Source: an uncultured Rhodothermaceae bacterium | GTDB lineage: Bacteria; Bacteroidota; Rhodothermia; Rhodothermales; JAHQVL01 | Assembly: GCA_964525535.1 (NCBI GenBank) | Contig: CAZGHT010000017.1 | Span: 696-64,695 of the forward strand | DNA: 64,000 nucleotides | Reading direction: 5' to 3' | In this document: piece after piece, positions 37,734-47,407 of the stretch | How the letters are laid out: every line of letters begins with the position of its first letter | Position numbering within the stretch: position 1 is the stretch's first letter | Translations under genes and position numbers: made by a program | The notes under the pieces: generated by a model | What the model was told of the DNA's origin: nothing | The model's database searches: none | The model's input: only the letters and a program-made list of their open reading frames with translations

Positions 37734-39671
37734 TCACGAAGCGTAAAAGAAACGGGTTGTAAGCCCGGGATCGGGCGCCGCAGTCCACAGGGAACCAGTA
37801 TAGGCACATACCAGGGAACTCACAACACCCCAGATCAAAGGATCCAACCCGAAGAGGGCATAGGGGACCGGGGCGCCGGTCTGGATAAACCCGACGCCAT
37901 ACAACGCCAGATAGACGATAAACCCGCCCAGCATAGAGGCACAGGCACCTGCTGCATTGCACCGGGGCCAGTACATGCCGAGCACGACCGCGCCCAGAAA
38001 GGCGGAGGCCAGAGCGCCCCCACTGAACACGATGATGTATTGCAAAAATTGAGGCGGATAAGCCGCCCCCAAAGCAGCAACCGCACCCACGCCGACGGTA
38101 CAGGCGTAACTGAGCCTTTTGATCGTTTTCTCTTCTGCGGACGGATGGATTTCCCGCTGATAAATATCCCGCACGAAAGACGATGAGATCATCAGCATGA
38201 AGCTGTCAACCGTCGACATGGCAGCAGCGAAAGGCGCCGCAATGATCAGCCCGGCCAGCCAGGCCATCCCGGCCGTCTCGGTCAAAAGGACCGCCATGAT
38301 GGGCATAATCCGATCAGGGGTTTGATCCAGTCCGGGAGCCAGAATTCGAGCGCAGCAAAAAACGACGACGAGCGGCAGGTATATCATCGTGAAATACGTC
38401 GACAGCGCCGCAATGGCGCGTTTCAAGGTTCGCGTAGAGTCGAAAGCCATGAGGCGAACCATGTTTCCCGGCTGGCCCGTACCCGACAACGCCCAGAATA
38501 CAAAAAAAGAAACGGCCAACCCGAGGGGTAAAAACCCGCCCGGTTCAGTCGCACTGGGACCGGGTGCAGTCACATACACACCGCGAGATGCATGCCCGTA
38601 TGCATACGGTTCCAGTTCGACGATGCGGGGCCGCACCGAAGCCGGCAACTCTGGCGGGCGCCCCCCGGTGAAGGCGCTCAACAGGCGAGCCTTTTCGGCT
38701 GCTCCGACGATCTCGACGACGGCTATGCTCGCCGAAGACGGTATATCCGCAGGGGTGGCTGCGTCCGCCGCCGGTATAGTCGCCAGAACGATCGCCGGCT
38801 GATTGGTCCGGAAGAGCCTCGGGCCGGCGTCCGGCCCGTCTTCGTCGCCCTCGATGACGAACCAGCTATCCGCAGGAATCCGGATCGAAGCCCCTTCGAC
38901 ACCAGCCGGGGCTTCGAATACCACCCGTCCGAGTCGTGGAGGCACCATCTCCTTGAGCTCGTTGGTCGCTCGTTCCAGCCCGCCGACCTGGGACAAAGCC
39001 AGCCAGAGCATGACGGCCACCCCGAGGATCATCACGCCGCCCTGCAAGATATCCGTCCAGACGACGGCTTTGAATCCCCCGAAGGCGGTATAACAAATGA
39101 CCAGCACCGAGAAGAGAAGCAGGCAGAGAAAATATTCGGGGCTTTCCCCTCCGGGGATCACGCCGCCCATCCAGGAGAGCGTGTACGCAGACGCGGCGTC
39201 GAAGGCCGGAATGCCTCCCAGCATCTGAACCATGATCAGCGAAGCCAGCTTGAACTGCGGAATCAGATACACCGTCAACAAAAGAGCCAGCAGGGCTGTG
39301 CTCAATATCGCAATGACCCGGCTGTCAAAACGCGCGCGCAACAATTCGGGTAGTGTGATCGCGCCGGTCTTCCGCGACAACCGGTTTAATCGTTTACCGA
39401 GTATACCCATCCCGCACAACGGAAAGATCATGTAACTCGCAATCCATAACGCGAGCACCCAACCATGAGTATAGATCAACGAAGGGAAGCCGGCAAACGA
39501 ACCGGCAGACGCGCTCGTGGCGCCAAACGTAAGCGCCAGCCCGATCATACCCAGGCTTCGACTGCCCAGAAAATACTCGGCCAGGAAAGACTTCTGGCTG
39601 CCCAGGTAATGGGCCGCCCAGGCGATGCCGAACACGATGACCGTGTAGATTAAAAAGACGATCAGTGCCAC
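37734..39671 (-). CDS. panF: Sodium:solute symporter family transporter, PanF (pantothenate)-like, with a large non-membrane insert
   Basis: The N-terminus aligns by eye with E. coli PanF (FLAEYFLGSRSLG..., GFPSLIYTHGWVLALW, LGKRLNRLSRK). It is preceded by a yhdT-like gene as in E. coli yhdT-panF, and coaA lies in the same string. The substrate remains inferred. Confidence 0.7.
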   Translation of the reverse strand: MALIVFLIYTVIVFGIAWAAHYLGSQKSFLAEYFLGSRSLGMIGLALTFGATSASAGSFAGFPSLIYTHGWVLALWIASYMIFPLCGMGILGKRLNRLSRKTGAITLPELLRARFDSRVIAILSTALLALLLTVYLIPQFKLASLIMVQMLGGIPAFDAASAYTLSWMGGVIPGGESPEYFLCLLLFSVLVICYTAFGGFKAVVWTDILQGGVMILGVAVMLWLALSQVGGLERATNELKEMVPPRLGRVVFEAPAGVEGASIRIPADSWFVIEGDEDGPDAGPRLFRTNQPAIVLATIPAADAATPADIPSSASIAVVEIVGAAEKARLLSAFTGGRPPELPASVRPRIVELEPYAYGHASRGVYVTAPGPSATEPGGFLPLGLAVSFFVFWALSGTGQPGNMVRLMAFDSTRTLKRAIAALSTYFTMIYLPLVVVFCCARILAPGLDQTPDRIMPIMAVLLTETAGMAWLAGLIIAAPFAAAMSTVDSFMLMISSSFVRDIYQREIHPSAEEKTIKRLSYACTVGVGAVAALGAAYPPQFLQYIIVFSGGALASAFLGAVVLGMYWPRCNAAGACASMLGGFIVYLALYGVGFIQTGAPVPYALFGLDPLIWGVVSSLVCAYTGSLWTAAPDPGLTTRFFYAS

Positions 39672-39683
39672 GGGGGTCTCCCT

Positions 39684-39962
39684 TTATTCGTGTGATCCGT
39701 CATCCTTCATGTAACACAGCCCGAACCAGATGCTGTACGCGGTGGCGGCGCCCCAGGGTAGAAAGACGCCCCAGAAAACCCAGTCCGGGATGCCGAAGAC
39801 GAGATTCATCGAATCGATGTCGACATCGTACCCGTACCATGCAGCATACCCGATCGTCCAAACCAAGAACAGGAACCAGGCTCCCAGGATATAGCCGGCT
39901 TCCTTTCGGGCGCGCAAGAAATGCGTTTTGTCTGGATTTTCAGGAGTATTCGCAGCCGACAT
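39684..39962 (-). CDS. yhdT: YhdT-family small membrane protein (DUF997)
   Basis: ARKEAGYILGAWFLFLVW... and two TM helices. The gene ends 12 nt upstream of the symporter start. Its ATG overlaps the RidA stop (TAATG). Confidence 0.65.
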   Translation of the reverse strand: MSAANTPENPDKTHFLRARKEAGYILGAWFLFLVWTIGYAAWYGYDVDIDSMNLVFGIPDWVFWGVFLPWGAATAYSIWFGLCYMKDDGSHE

Positions 39963-40423
39963 TACTTCAACCCCAGAATCATCTCCACTTCGGTGCTCGC
40001 CCCCAACGGCAACTGCGCCATCCCCACGGCCGATCGAGCTCCAAGGCCTACCTCGCCGAAAACGTCCATGAGCAGTTTGGAGGCTCCATTTATGACCAGG
40101 TGCTGATCCGTGAAGTCGAGGTCGCTATTTACGTAGCCGGTCACGCGGACGACGCGTTCGATCTCGTCCAGAGAACCCAGCTCCTGTATGACGTACCTCA
40201 GGTTGTTTGCCGCGCAAAGGGCGGCTGCCTGCTGGGCCTGAACCAGCGATACCACCGAGGGCACCTTGCCTTTGCTGACGAGCTTTCCACGGGCTATGGG
40301 CACAGCCCCTGAAACGTACACCGTTTTGCCGTGAACCACGACAGGTGTGTATATGGCTCCGGCTCCCGGTACGTCTGCGACCGGATAGCCCAGCTCTTCA
40401 AGTTTCCTTTCTCGATCTCCCAT
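39962..40423 (-). CDS. RidA/YjgF-family protein (putative reactive-intermediate deaminase)
   Basis: GKTVYVSGAVP..., VRVTGYVNS and the C-terminal GARSAVGMAQLPLGASTEVEMIL. Start set at the internal ATG (MGDRERKLEELGY), which avoids overlap with the upstream gene. Confidence 0.75.
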   Translation of the reverse strand: MGDRERKLEELGYPVADVPGAGAIYTPVVVHGKTVYVSGAVPIARGKLVSKGKVPSVVSLVQAQQAAALCAANNLRYVIQELGSLDEIERVVRVTGYVNSDLDFTDQHLVINGASKLLMDVFGEVGLGARSAVGMAQLPLGASTEVEMILGLK

Positions 40424-40451
40424 ACGATTTTTGATAGTTAAACCATTAAGT

Positions 40452-41543
40452 TTATGTGGATGCTGGAAGCGACGCTCCCAGCAATCGAAGCCAGTTCCCG
40501 GAGAATATACGGTCGATGTCTTCGTCCCTGTACCCGCGTTTCTCCAGAACACCCCCGAGTTTCTGCACATCGGCTATGGTGTTCAGGTCGTGAGGGGTCT
40601 GCTCATTCCCGAAGCCCCCGTCCAGATCGCTTCCGATCGCGGCATGCCGGGTATTGCCGGCAATCTGACAGACATGATCGATGTGATTCGCGACGGCTTC
40701 GAGCCCCACGACGTCTGTTTTCGTCTCTCCATGGATCCACCCGGGATAAAGCATCCAGGCATCCAATGCGGCGCCAATCACAGCCTCTTTTTCAATCAAT
40801 ATCCTGATTTGTTCGTCTGTAAGCTGCCGGTCACCGGGAACTAAGGCCCTGCAATTGTGATGGCTCGCGAGCATAGGCCCCTCGAAATAATCGAATGCCT
40901 GCGCCATACTTGCGTCGCAGAGGTGGGTGACGTCGAGCATCATTCCCACGGATTCCATGGCCCGCAGCAAGGCGAAGCCCGCTCGGTTAAAATGCCCGGA
41001 TACACCGGTCCCATATGCATACTGGCTTCGCCCGTAATGGACCGGCCCCAGGGCTCTCAACCCCTCATCCCACCAGGCGTTCAGCTGTTCCGGTGCAAGA
41101 ACGGGATCCGCTCCTTCCATGCTGATGATGACGCCGATTGGGCTCTCATCGCCCTGACCCGCCCAATGATCGGCCAGCTCTTCTCGGGTCTCAATGATCC
41201 GAATGACGCCTTGCCGTTCGAGCAGGCGGTAATACGCCAGTTGTCCCTGCGCAGCGGCGTACGCGATCGATGGGGCTCCGTAATCCAGATCCGGGCGCGC
41301 ATATCCTTGCTCCGGCATAGAGACATCGGGGCCACTCCGAGCCAGCAAAGTAGCCAGGCATACCCTGACGCCGGCCTTCCTCAGCTCGGGAAAACTCGTT
41401 GTGCATCGGCTCCTACTCCGGTGGTCCCGCATAGTGCGTTCTCTGAAACGGAGTTCATCCACTTCGAGCGTCAAATCTCGGTCAAACGACAGAGCATTCC
41501 AGGCCAGATCGAGGTGGGCGTCAATTATCGGGCGAGCCGTCAT
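40452..41543 (-). CDS. Peptidase M19 family membrane-type dipeptidase
   Basis: IIDAHLDLAWN (HxD metal site), DVTHLCDAS, LASHHNCRAL, RQLTDEQI, IGSDLDGGFG. Start set at ATG 41543 (MTARPIID...). Confidence 0.8.
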   Translation of the reverse strand: MTARPIIDAHLDLAWNALSFDRDLTLEVDELRFRERTMRDHRSRSRCTTSFPELRKAGVRVCLATLLARSGPDVSMPEQGYARPDLDYGAPSIAYAAAQGQLAYYRLLERQGVIRIIETREELADHWAGQGDESPIGVIISMEGADPVLAPEQLNAWWDEGLRALGPVHYGRSQYAYGTGVSGHFNRAGFALLRAMESVGMMLDVTHLCDASMAQAFDYFEGPMLASHHNCRALVPGDRQLTDEQIRILIEKEAVIGAALDAWMLYPGWIHGETKTDVVGLEAVANHIDHVCQIAGNTRHAAIGSDLDGGFGNEQTPHDLNTIADVQKLGGVLEKRGYRDEDIDRIFSGNWLRLLGASLPAST

Positions 41544-41647
41544 AATCAGGAGGTCAAAAAATGGTGGGTAGGGTAGGCTTTTCAAGCACGAAACAGAAGG
41601 ACAAACGGAGTGGTCTTCAGTGTTTGTTGTCTTCAGGGCGTACATCC

Positions 41648-42625
41648 TCAAAGTTTCCTGAGGAGCACGTGCTGGACCGCATGTTTTGCGCCTTTCTCGA
41701 GGATGAGATCTGCCCGTTTCCGAGTCGGTAGTATATTCTCATGGAGGTTTTTTTCGTTGATATCCTTCCAGATGGACCGGGCGAATGCGTCGGCTTCTTC
41801 GTAAGACATTCTCGAATAGCGATGAAAATAAGACGTACTGTCTCGAAAAGCAGTAGCTCTCAGGGTATGAAATCGGGTCAGAAACCAGCGTTCGATGATT
41901 TCGGTGGGTGCATCTACGTAGATCGAAAAGTCGAAAAAATCGGAGACGTATACCTGAGCCGGCTTGTCGGGCTCCAGCCTGGGGGTCTGGAGCACATTGA
42001 CGCCTTCCAGGATGACGATATCGGGCTGGCGGACCACGTTGTACTCCCCGTCCAGAATGTCGTACGACAGGTGCGAATAAACGGGCGCTTTGACTTCCGG
42101 TTCGCCGGACTTCAGCGCCCCTACAAAATCGATGAGCCGCCTGATGTCATAACTTTCCGGGAACCCCTTTTTGTTCATGATGCCTTTTTCCTCCAGGACC
42201 GCGTTGGGGTATAGAAATCCGTCTGTTGTAATCAGAGCGACATCGGGATGGTGCGGCCACCGGGCGAGAAGGGTTTGTAAGATCCGCGCCGTCGTGCTCT
42301 TCCCTACCGCCACGCTCCCTGCAAGCCCGATGATGAAAGGCACCTTATATCCAGGCGCATCGAGGAAGATCGAGGTGGTTTTGTGCAAATCCTGAGAACC
42401 GGCTACGTACAGGTTCAACAAACGAGATAACGGTAGATAGATATCGGTGATCTCGTCCAACGATAACGATTCGTTGAGGCCTCGCAACTCGGGCAGTTCG
42501 TGCTCTGATAGTGTAAGGGGTGTCCCCTTTCGGAATGTTGCCCATTCGTTACGCTCAAAGCACAGGTAGGGAGAAAATCCGGGTTGCGCGCAGGGACGGG
42601 TATCAAGGTTTCGCGTCGTAGACAA
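41648..42625 (-). CDS. coaA: Type I pantothenate kinase
   Basis: P-loop [30 protein letters not shown], and C-terminal ADLIL.KG..H. The start codon is TTG at 42623-42625. Confidence 0.9.
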   Translation of the reverse strand: MSTTRNLDTRPCAQPGFSPYLCFERNEWATFRKGTPLTLSEHELPELRGLNESLSLDEITDIYLPLSRLLNLYVAGSQDLHKTTSIFLDAPGYKVPFIIGLAGSVAVGKSTTARILQTLLARWPHHPDVALITTDGFLYPNAVLEEKGIMNKKGFPESYDIRRLIDFVGALKSGEPEVKAPVYSHLSYDILDGEYNVVRQPDIVILEGVNVLQTPRLEPDKPAQVYVSDFFDFSIYVDAPTEIIERWFLTRFHTLRATAFRDSTSYFHRYSRMSYEEADAFARSIWKDINEKNLHENILPTRKRADLILEKGAKHAVQHVLLRKL

Positions 42626-42781
42626 AACTAAGCCGTGTCGGTAGATTTCAAAATTCCGGCCCGGTTGACCTCGCAGGGTGTCCCATAACAGGCCTGGCCG
42701 GGGCTGAACCAGTACCCAACATACCGCAAAACGTATACTTCTGCTGGCGTGAAACTCGGCGGCGGAACATCCGTACTTTCA

Positions 42782-42799
42782 TTTAGACAAATTGCTAAA
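42782..42799. promoter_or_regulatory. Candidate operator for the SdpR/ArsR-type autorepressor
   Basis: TTTAGACAAATTGCTAAA: the outer 5 bp on each side (TTTAG/CTAAA) are a perfect inverted repeat. It lies 8 nt upstream of the likely ATG at 42807. Confidence 0.3.
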
Positions 42800-42806
42800 T
42801 GTCGAA

Positions 42807-43109
42807 ATGAATAAATTATTCAAAGCGCTAAACGATCCGACCCGCCGCAGCATCCTGGACATGCTGAAGGCGGAGGATTTAACCGCGGGTGAAATTGCGG
42901 AGGCCTTTAACATAAGCAAGCCGAGCATCTCCCACCATCTCGACCTGCTCAAGCGCGCCGGCCTGATTTCAGCAACGCGCGAGGGGCAGTTCATCCGCTA
43001 CTCGCTCGACACCACCGTACTCGACGAAGCCTTGCAGTGGCTCATGGACCTTGTAAAACATAATGGTGCAACTAACTATGATGAGCTTGAAAAAAACGCT
43101 GGCCAATGA
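42807..43109 (+). CDS. sdpR: ArsR-family transcriptional regulator, SdpR-like autorepressor
   Basis: LFKALNDPTRRSILDMLK..LTAGEIAEAFNISKPSISHHLDLLKRAGLI (ArsR wHTH) with no metal-binding Cys motif. It is paired with an SdpI-like gene. The ORF-track start at 42792 is a TTG. Confidence 0.75.
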   Translation: MNKLFKALNDPTRRSILDMLKAEDLTAGEIAEAFNISKPSISHHLDLLKRAGLISATREGQFIRYSLDTTVLDEALQWLMDLVKHNGATNYDELEKNAGQ

Positions 43110-43755
43110 CTGGCCGGTCATGATTGTCCTTCTGGTTCCTTTCATCCTGATCGCGCTCACATGGTCGAGCATTCCAGAAGTGATACCGACACATTGGAAC
43201 ATCCGGGGAGAGATAGACAACTGGGGCCCAAAGGGGTTTGTGATATTCCTGCTGCCCTTAGCCAGTCTGTTCATCTATCTGATCCTGGTAGCAGTGCCAT
43301 ACATCGACCCGAAACGGAAGGCCGAAAGCGAACAAAAAGCCATCCGGGCTTTCCGTTTCATCTTACCGCTCTTGCTCACGGGAATCTTCCTGGTCCTTCT
43401 CATGCAATGGGTAGGCATCGATATCCCCGTAGGTAAGGGCATTGGCCTGGCCGTTACCCTGATGTTCATCGCGTTAGGCAATTACCTGCAATCGCTCCGC
43501 CCCAATTATTTCATCGGACTGCGGACACCCTGGACGCTCGAAAATACAGAGATCTGGCGGAAGACGCACCGGTTTGGCGGTAAGTTATGGGTCGCGGGGG
43601 GTGTAACCATGCTCGTGATATGGTTTTTCGTCTCTCAAGAGACGTTCTTCTTCTACCTTATCGGAGGCGCCCTGGCTTTCGCCCTGACTCCTGCGGCCTA
43701 CTCCTTTTATCTGTATGTGAAAGACCGGCAGTCGACCGACGAGAAAATGGCCTGA
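43078..43755 (+). CDS. sdpI: SdpI-family membrane protein (DUF1648 + SdpI immunity-protein domain)
   Basis: IPEVIPTHWNIRGEIDNWGPKG (DUF1648-like), RPNYFIGLRTPWTLENTEIWRKTHRFGGKLW (SdpI-like), and about 6 TM helices. It overlaps sdpR by 32 nt. Confidence 0.75.
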   Translation: MMSLKKTLANDWPVMIVLLVPFILIALTWSSIPEVIPTHWNIRGEIDNWGPKGFVIFLLPLASLFIYLILVAVPYIDPKRKAESEQKAIRAFRFILPLLLTGIFLVLLMQWVGIDIPVGKGIGLAVTLMFIALGNYLQSLRPNYFIGLRTPWTLENTEIWRKTHRFGGKLWVAGGVTMLVIWFFVSQETFFFYLIGGALAFALTPAAYSFYLYVKDRQSTDEKMA

Positions 43756-43775
43756 CGTAGAATCAGGCCGGCGAT

Positions 43776-44918
43776 TCACAGTACGGCCGCTGCGCTATAC
43801 GCCTGTTGAAGCTCGCACCGTTTTTCGTACGTATTGCGGACGAGCCGAACGTCTTCCAGAAAGTGCGGCAGTTCGGAGAGCAACAGGGCCTGCGGCCCGT
43901 CGACGAGCGCCCGCTCCGGTTTCGGATGAAAATCGACGAGCACCATATTCGCGCCGGCAACGATCCCCTGCGCGGTCACATGAAACACGTCGAGCAGTCC
44001 GTCGTGCGCCCGCTCTCTGGAGCCTACCGAATGGGAGGGGTCGATGCAAACAGGCAACCGGGTCTGGCGGTGAATCACGGGAACGTGGGCAAAATCGACC
44101 ATGTTGCGATGAGGGCTTGCAAAGGACGCCTTCATCCCACGCAGGCAGAATACGATATTCGAGTTGCCGGCTTCAGCGAGATACTCCGCCGCGTTGAGCG
44201 ACTCGGACAGGGTAATCCCGAACCCACGCTTGAACAGCACCGGATACCTTTTCTGCCGGCCTACGGCTTTGAGGAGTTCGAAATTCTGGGTATTTCGCGT
44301 GCCGATCTGCAACATGACCCCGGTCGGACGCCCCGCCTCCTCGAGGCTGGCATCGATTTCTTCGATGTGACTCTCGTGGGTAACCTCCATGGCAATCACT
44401 TTGATGCCGTATGCGCCGGCCAGTTCGAAAACATAGGGGAGGCACTCCTTTCCGTGCCCCTGAAACGAGTACGGGCTCGTCCGGGGTTTGTAAGCCCCCA
44501 TCCGGGTACATACCTGTCCATTCTCTTTCAGGGCCTTCATCATCATCTCGACGTGATCGCGCGTGTCAACGGCGCACAACCCGGCAAACACCTTCAGATT
44601 GTCCTGGCTGAACTCGACGCCGTTGTATTCGAATCCGATTTCGCGTTGCCCATCATTCTTGTGACGACCAATGATTCGGTACTCTTCCGATATACGGATC
44701 ACCCGCTCGACGGCCGGCAACGCTAGAATGTCCTCTTTGCGCAGAGCGGCCGTATTGCCTAACAAATAGATCTCTGTCAGCAACTGCATCCGGCCGTGCA
44801 CGAGATGGCGCCGCACCTCGATGTCCGGCAGGTTCTCCAGGTAGTGCCACGTCTGCAGGAAAGCCTCAGACTCTTCATCGGTGTTGGGGTGTAAAATGAC
44901 AAGCATGAGGGTAGTCAA
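43776..44918 (-). CDS. 3-deoxy-7-phosphoheptulonate (DAHP) synthase, type I-beta, with an N-terminal regulatory domain
   Basis: GLCAVDTRDHV, GAYKPRTSPYSFQGHG, MLQIGTRNTQNFELL, VCIDPSHS. An extra N-terminal domain of about 90 aa is present. Confidence 0.85.
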   Translation of the reverse strand: MTTLMLVILHPNTDEESEAFLQTWHYLENLPDIEVRRHLVHGRMQLLTEIYLLGNTAALRKEDILALPAVERVIRISEEYRIIGRHKNDGQREIGFEYNGVEFSQDNLKVFAGLCAVDTRDHVEMMMKALKENGQVCTRMGAYKPRTSPYSFQGHGKECLPYVFELAGAYGIKVIAMEVTHESHIEEIDASLEEAGRPTGVMLQIGTRNTQNFELLKAVGRQKRYPVLFKRGFGITLSESLNAAEYLAEAGNSNIVFCLRGMKASFASPHRNMVDFAHVPVIHRQTRLPVCIDPSHSVGSRERAHDGLLDVFHVTAQGIVAGANMVLVDFHPKPERALVDGPQALLLSELPHFLEDVRLVRNTYEKRCELQQAYSAAAVL

Positions 44919-45302
44919 TTTGAATGGTCAACGGAACGTCAATGCGATGATCCACGGAGTAAAGCGGGCCCCTCTAGACGCTCACAGGGTTGTACGCCGG
45001 CAGAAAGGGCTCGCCCGTGTACAGAGTATCGGCATTACCTGGCAGTCTTTGTGCAAATTATTACAGAAAATGTGGTTCCCTGCCCAGCCGGTGGCCCGAA
45101 CACTCCTTTTGAAACGCAATGCGAGCAATTGCGTTAAGGGGTACGGGTTTTGACCGAGACGCCTACTTTTCCCTATATTCAAGCCCATTCATTCCAGGGC
45201 ATCCCACCCGCAAGGCTTCATAGCGGATTCACGTGGAGGGCAGTGATGGATTGTTTCAGGGCAGATTGATATTGGCAGGGAGCCTTTGCATCAAAATACG
45301 TT

Positions 45303-45914
45303 ATGTCGACATCTTCCGATCCAACTTCTCCCTCAGAATCCAGCGAACAGGATCGATCGCTGGTCCAGCAGGCATTGGAAGGCGATGAACAAGCGTACAA
45401 AGCCTTGATGGACAAGTATCGCAAGGCCCTGACGATACACGTCCAGCGTATTGTAACCCGGCAGGGAGAAGTCGACGATCTGGTTCAGGAAAGTTTCATC
45501 AAGGCTTTCTCCGCATTGAACTCCTATTCTGTCGACTACGCCTTTTCTACCTGGTTGTACAAGATCGCCACAAATCACGCGATCGACTATCTCCGCAAGA
45601 AGAAGCTGCAGACGTATTCGATTGACAAACCCCGTGAGACGAAAGACGGCGAACTGGAATTCGAACTTCCGGACATGACCTATCGCCCCGACCGTCACAT
45701 TCTTGCGGATCAGCGCAAGCAACTCATTCAAGAAGCTATCGATGCGCTACCCCCTAAATACTACCGTGTCATAGTCATGCGCCACCAACAGGAATTGTCC
45801 TATGAGGAAATAGCTCGAGAGCTGGACTTACCTTTGGGGACAGTCAAGGCTCACATTTTTAGAGCTCGAGAACTACTGAACAAATACCTTCGTCACAAGC
45901 GCGGATCCTTCTAA
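45303..45914 (+). CDS. ECF-type sigma-70 family RNA polymerase sigma factor
   Basis: Region 2 ([15 protein letters not shown]..., [21 protein letters not shown]) and region 4 ([41 protein letters not shown]). No adjacent anti-sigma gene. Confidence 0.85.
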   Translation: MSTSSDPTSPSESSEQDRSLVQQALEGDEQAYKALMDKYRKALTIHVQRIVTRQGEVDDLVQESFIKAFSALNSYSVDYAFSTWLYKIATNHAIDYLRKKKLQTYSIDKPRETKDGELEFELPDMTYRPDRHILADQRKQLIQEAIDALPPKYYRVIVMRHQQELSYEEIARELDLPLGTVKAHIFRARELLNKYLRHKRGSF

Positions 45915-45933
45915 TCGAGAGAAGAATCGAACT

Positions 45934-47250
45934 ATGATTGAACGTTACACCCTCCCCGAGATGGGCAGGCTCTGGAGTGAGGACGAGCAATTTCAGGCCT
46001 GGCTCGAAGTGGAGCTGGCGGCTTGCGCCGCCTGGTCAGAAATCGGCGTTATCCCTCAAAAGGACGTAGAGACGCTGTACGACGACGCCAGCTTCGACAT
46101 CCATCGGATTCATGAGCTGGAGCGTACGACACGGCACGATGTCGTGGCTTTCACACGCGCTGTGAGTGAAACCCTGGGCGAGGAGAAAAAATGGATCCAT
46201 TATGGATTGACCTCCTCGGACGTGGTCGACACGGCTCTCTGCTTTCGGCTGAAGAAGGCGAATGCTCTTATCCTGACCCAAATCGACCGCCTGATCGATG
46301 CGCTGGAACGCAAAGCCGAAGAGCACAAATACACCCTCATGATGGGCCGGACCCACGGCGTTCATGCGGAGCCGACGACGTTCGGCCTCAAAATGGCGCT
46401 CTACTTCGCCGAAATGCAGCGCAACAGGGATCGATTCACCGAGGCCGCCGAAGACATCCGGGTAGGCAAGTTCTCCGGGGCCGTCGGGACATTCGCCCAT
46501 ATCCCACCGGAAGTGGAACGGATCGCGTGTAAGATCCTGGGCCTCCAACCCGCCCCCATATCCACGCAAATCATACAACGAGATCGTCACGCAAACTACC
46601 TCAGTGTACTGGCCCTCATTGCTTCGAGCCTCGAACGGATGGCGACCGAGATTCGCGCGTTACAAAAAAGCGAGGTCCGGGAAGTCGAAGAAGCCTTTGC
46701 GAGCGGTCAGAAGGGATCGTCCTCCATGCCCCACAAGCGCAACCCCGTCGGCTCCGAAAACATCACGGGGTGCGCTCGATTGCTGCGGGGGTACATGGTT
46801 TCCGCCTTCGAAAACGTGGCCTTGTGGCACGAACGAGATATCTCTCACTCGTCCGTCGAACGCGTCATCATCCCCGATGCAACCACCCTCCTTCATTACG
46901 CCCTCAACCGCTTTGCAACCATTCTGGATAATCTGGTGGTGTACCAGGAGAACATGAAGCATAACATGGACCTGACGTATGGCCTGTACAACAGCCAGCG
47001 GCTGCTCATCAAGCTGATCGACAAGGGGTTGAGCCGAGAGGATGCGTACGATCTCGTACAGCCCCTGGCAATGAAGGCGTGGGCGGAACGCCGGCTGTTC
47101 AAAGATATCGTGCTTCAGCACGAAGGGATTACCCAATACCTTTCCCGAGCGGAAATCAATGATGTATTCGACCCGACGTACCATATCAAACGCGTCGATT
47201 ACATCTTCGAACGGGTCGGAATAAGCCTGAAACAGCCCGAGGCCAAATAA
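45934..47250 (+). CDS. purB: Adenylosuccinate lyase
   Basis: [32 protein letters not shown], and signature [11 protein letters not shown]. Confidence 0.95.
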   Translation: MIERYTLPEMGRLWSEDEQFQAWLEVELAACAAWSEIGVIPQKDVETLYDDASFDIHRIHELERTTRHDVVAFTRAVSETLGEEKKWIHYGLTSSDVVDTALCFRLKKANALILTQIDRLIDALERKAEEHKYTLMMGRTHGVHAEPTTFGLKMALYFAEMQRNRDRFTEAAEDIRVGKFSGAVGTFAHIPPEVERIACKILGLQPAPISTQIIQRDRHANYLSVLALIASSLERMATEIRALQKSEVREVEEAFASGQKGSSSMPHKRNPVGSENITGCARLLRGYMVSAFENVALWHERDISHSSVERVIIPDATTLLHYALNRFATILDNLVVYQENMKHNMDLTYGLYNSQRLLIKLIDKGLSREDAYDLVQPLAMKAWAERRLFKDIVLQHEGITQYLSRAEINDVFDPTYHIKRVDYIFERVGISLKQPEAK

Positions 47251-47407
47251 AGCGGTTTGCCTGATTCCGGTATCATTTCTTTAATCTTTTTTTTACGTTG
47301 CTGTAATTATTCAGGCGCTCCCTCCTGCCTGAATAGGGCTTGCCCCGGCGCCACCACACACGCTGCCCTTCCAAGCCTTTAACCAAGAACTAAACGACAA
47401 AGGACTT

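Noticed and set aside
47251-47407. Possible cobalamin or other riboswitch upstream of the first TonB-dependent receptor
   Set aside because: There is no B12-box or other riboswitch core. I found only a 7-bp hairpin (ATTCAGG/CCTGAAT, 47309-47334) and a T8 run (47287-47294) with no preceding stem. This is not enough for any call.
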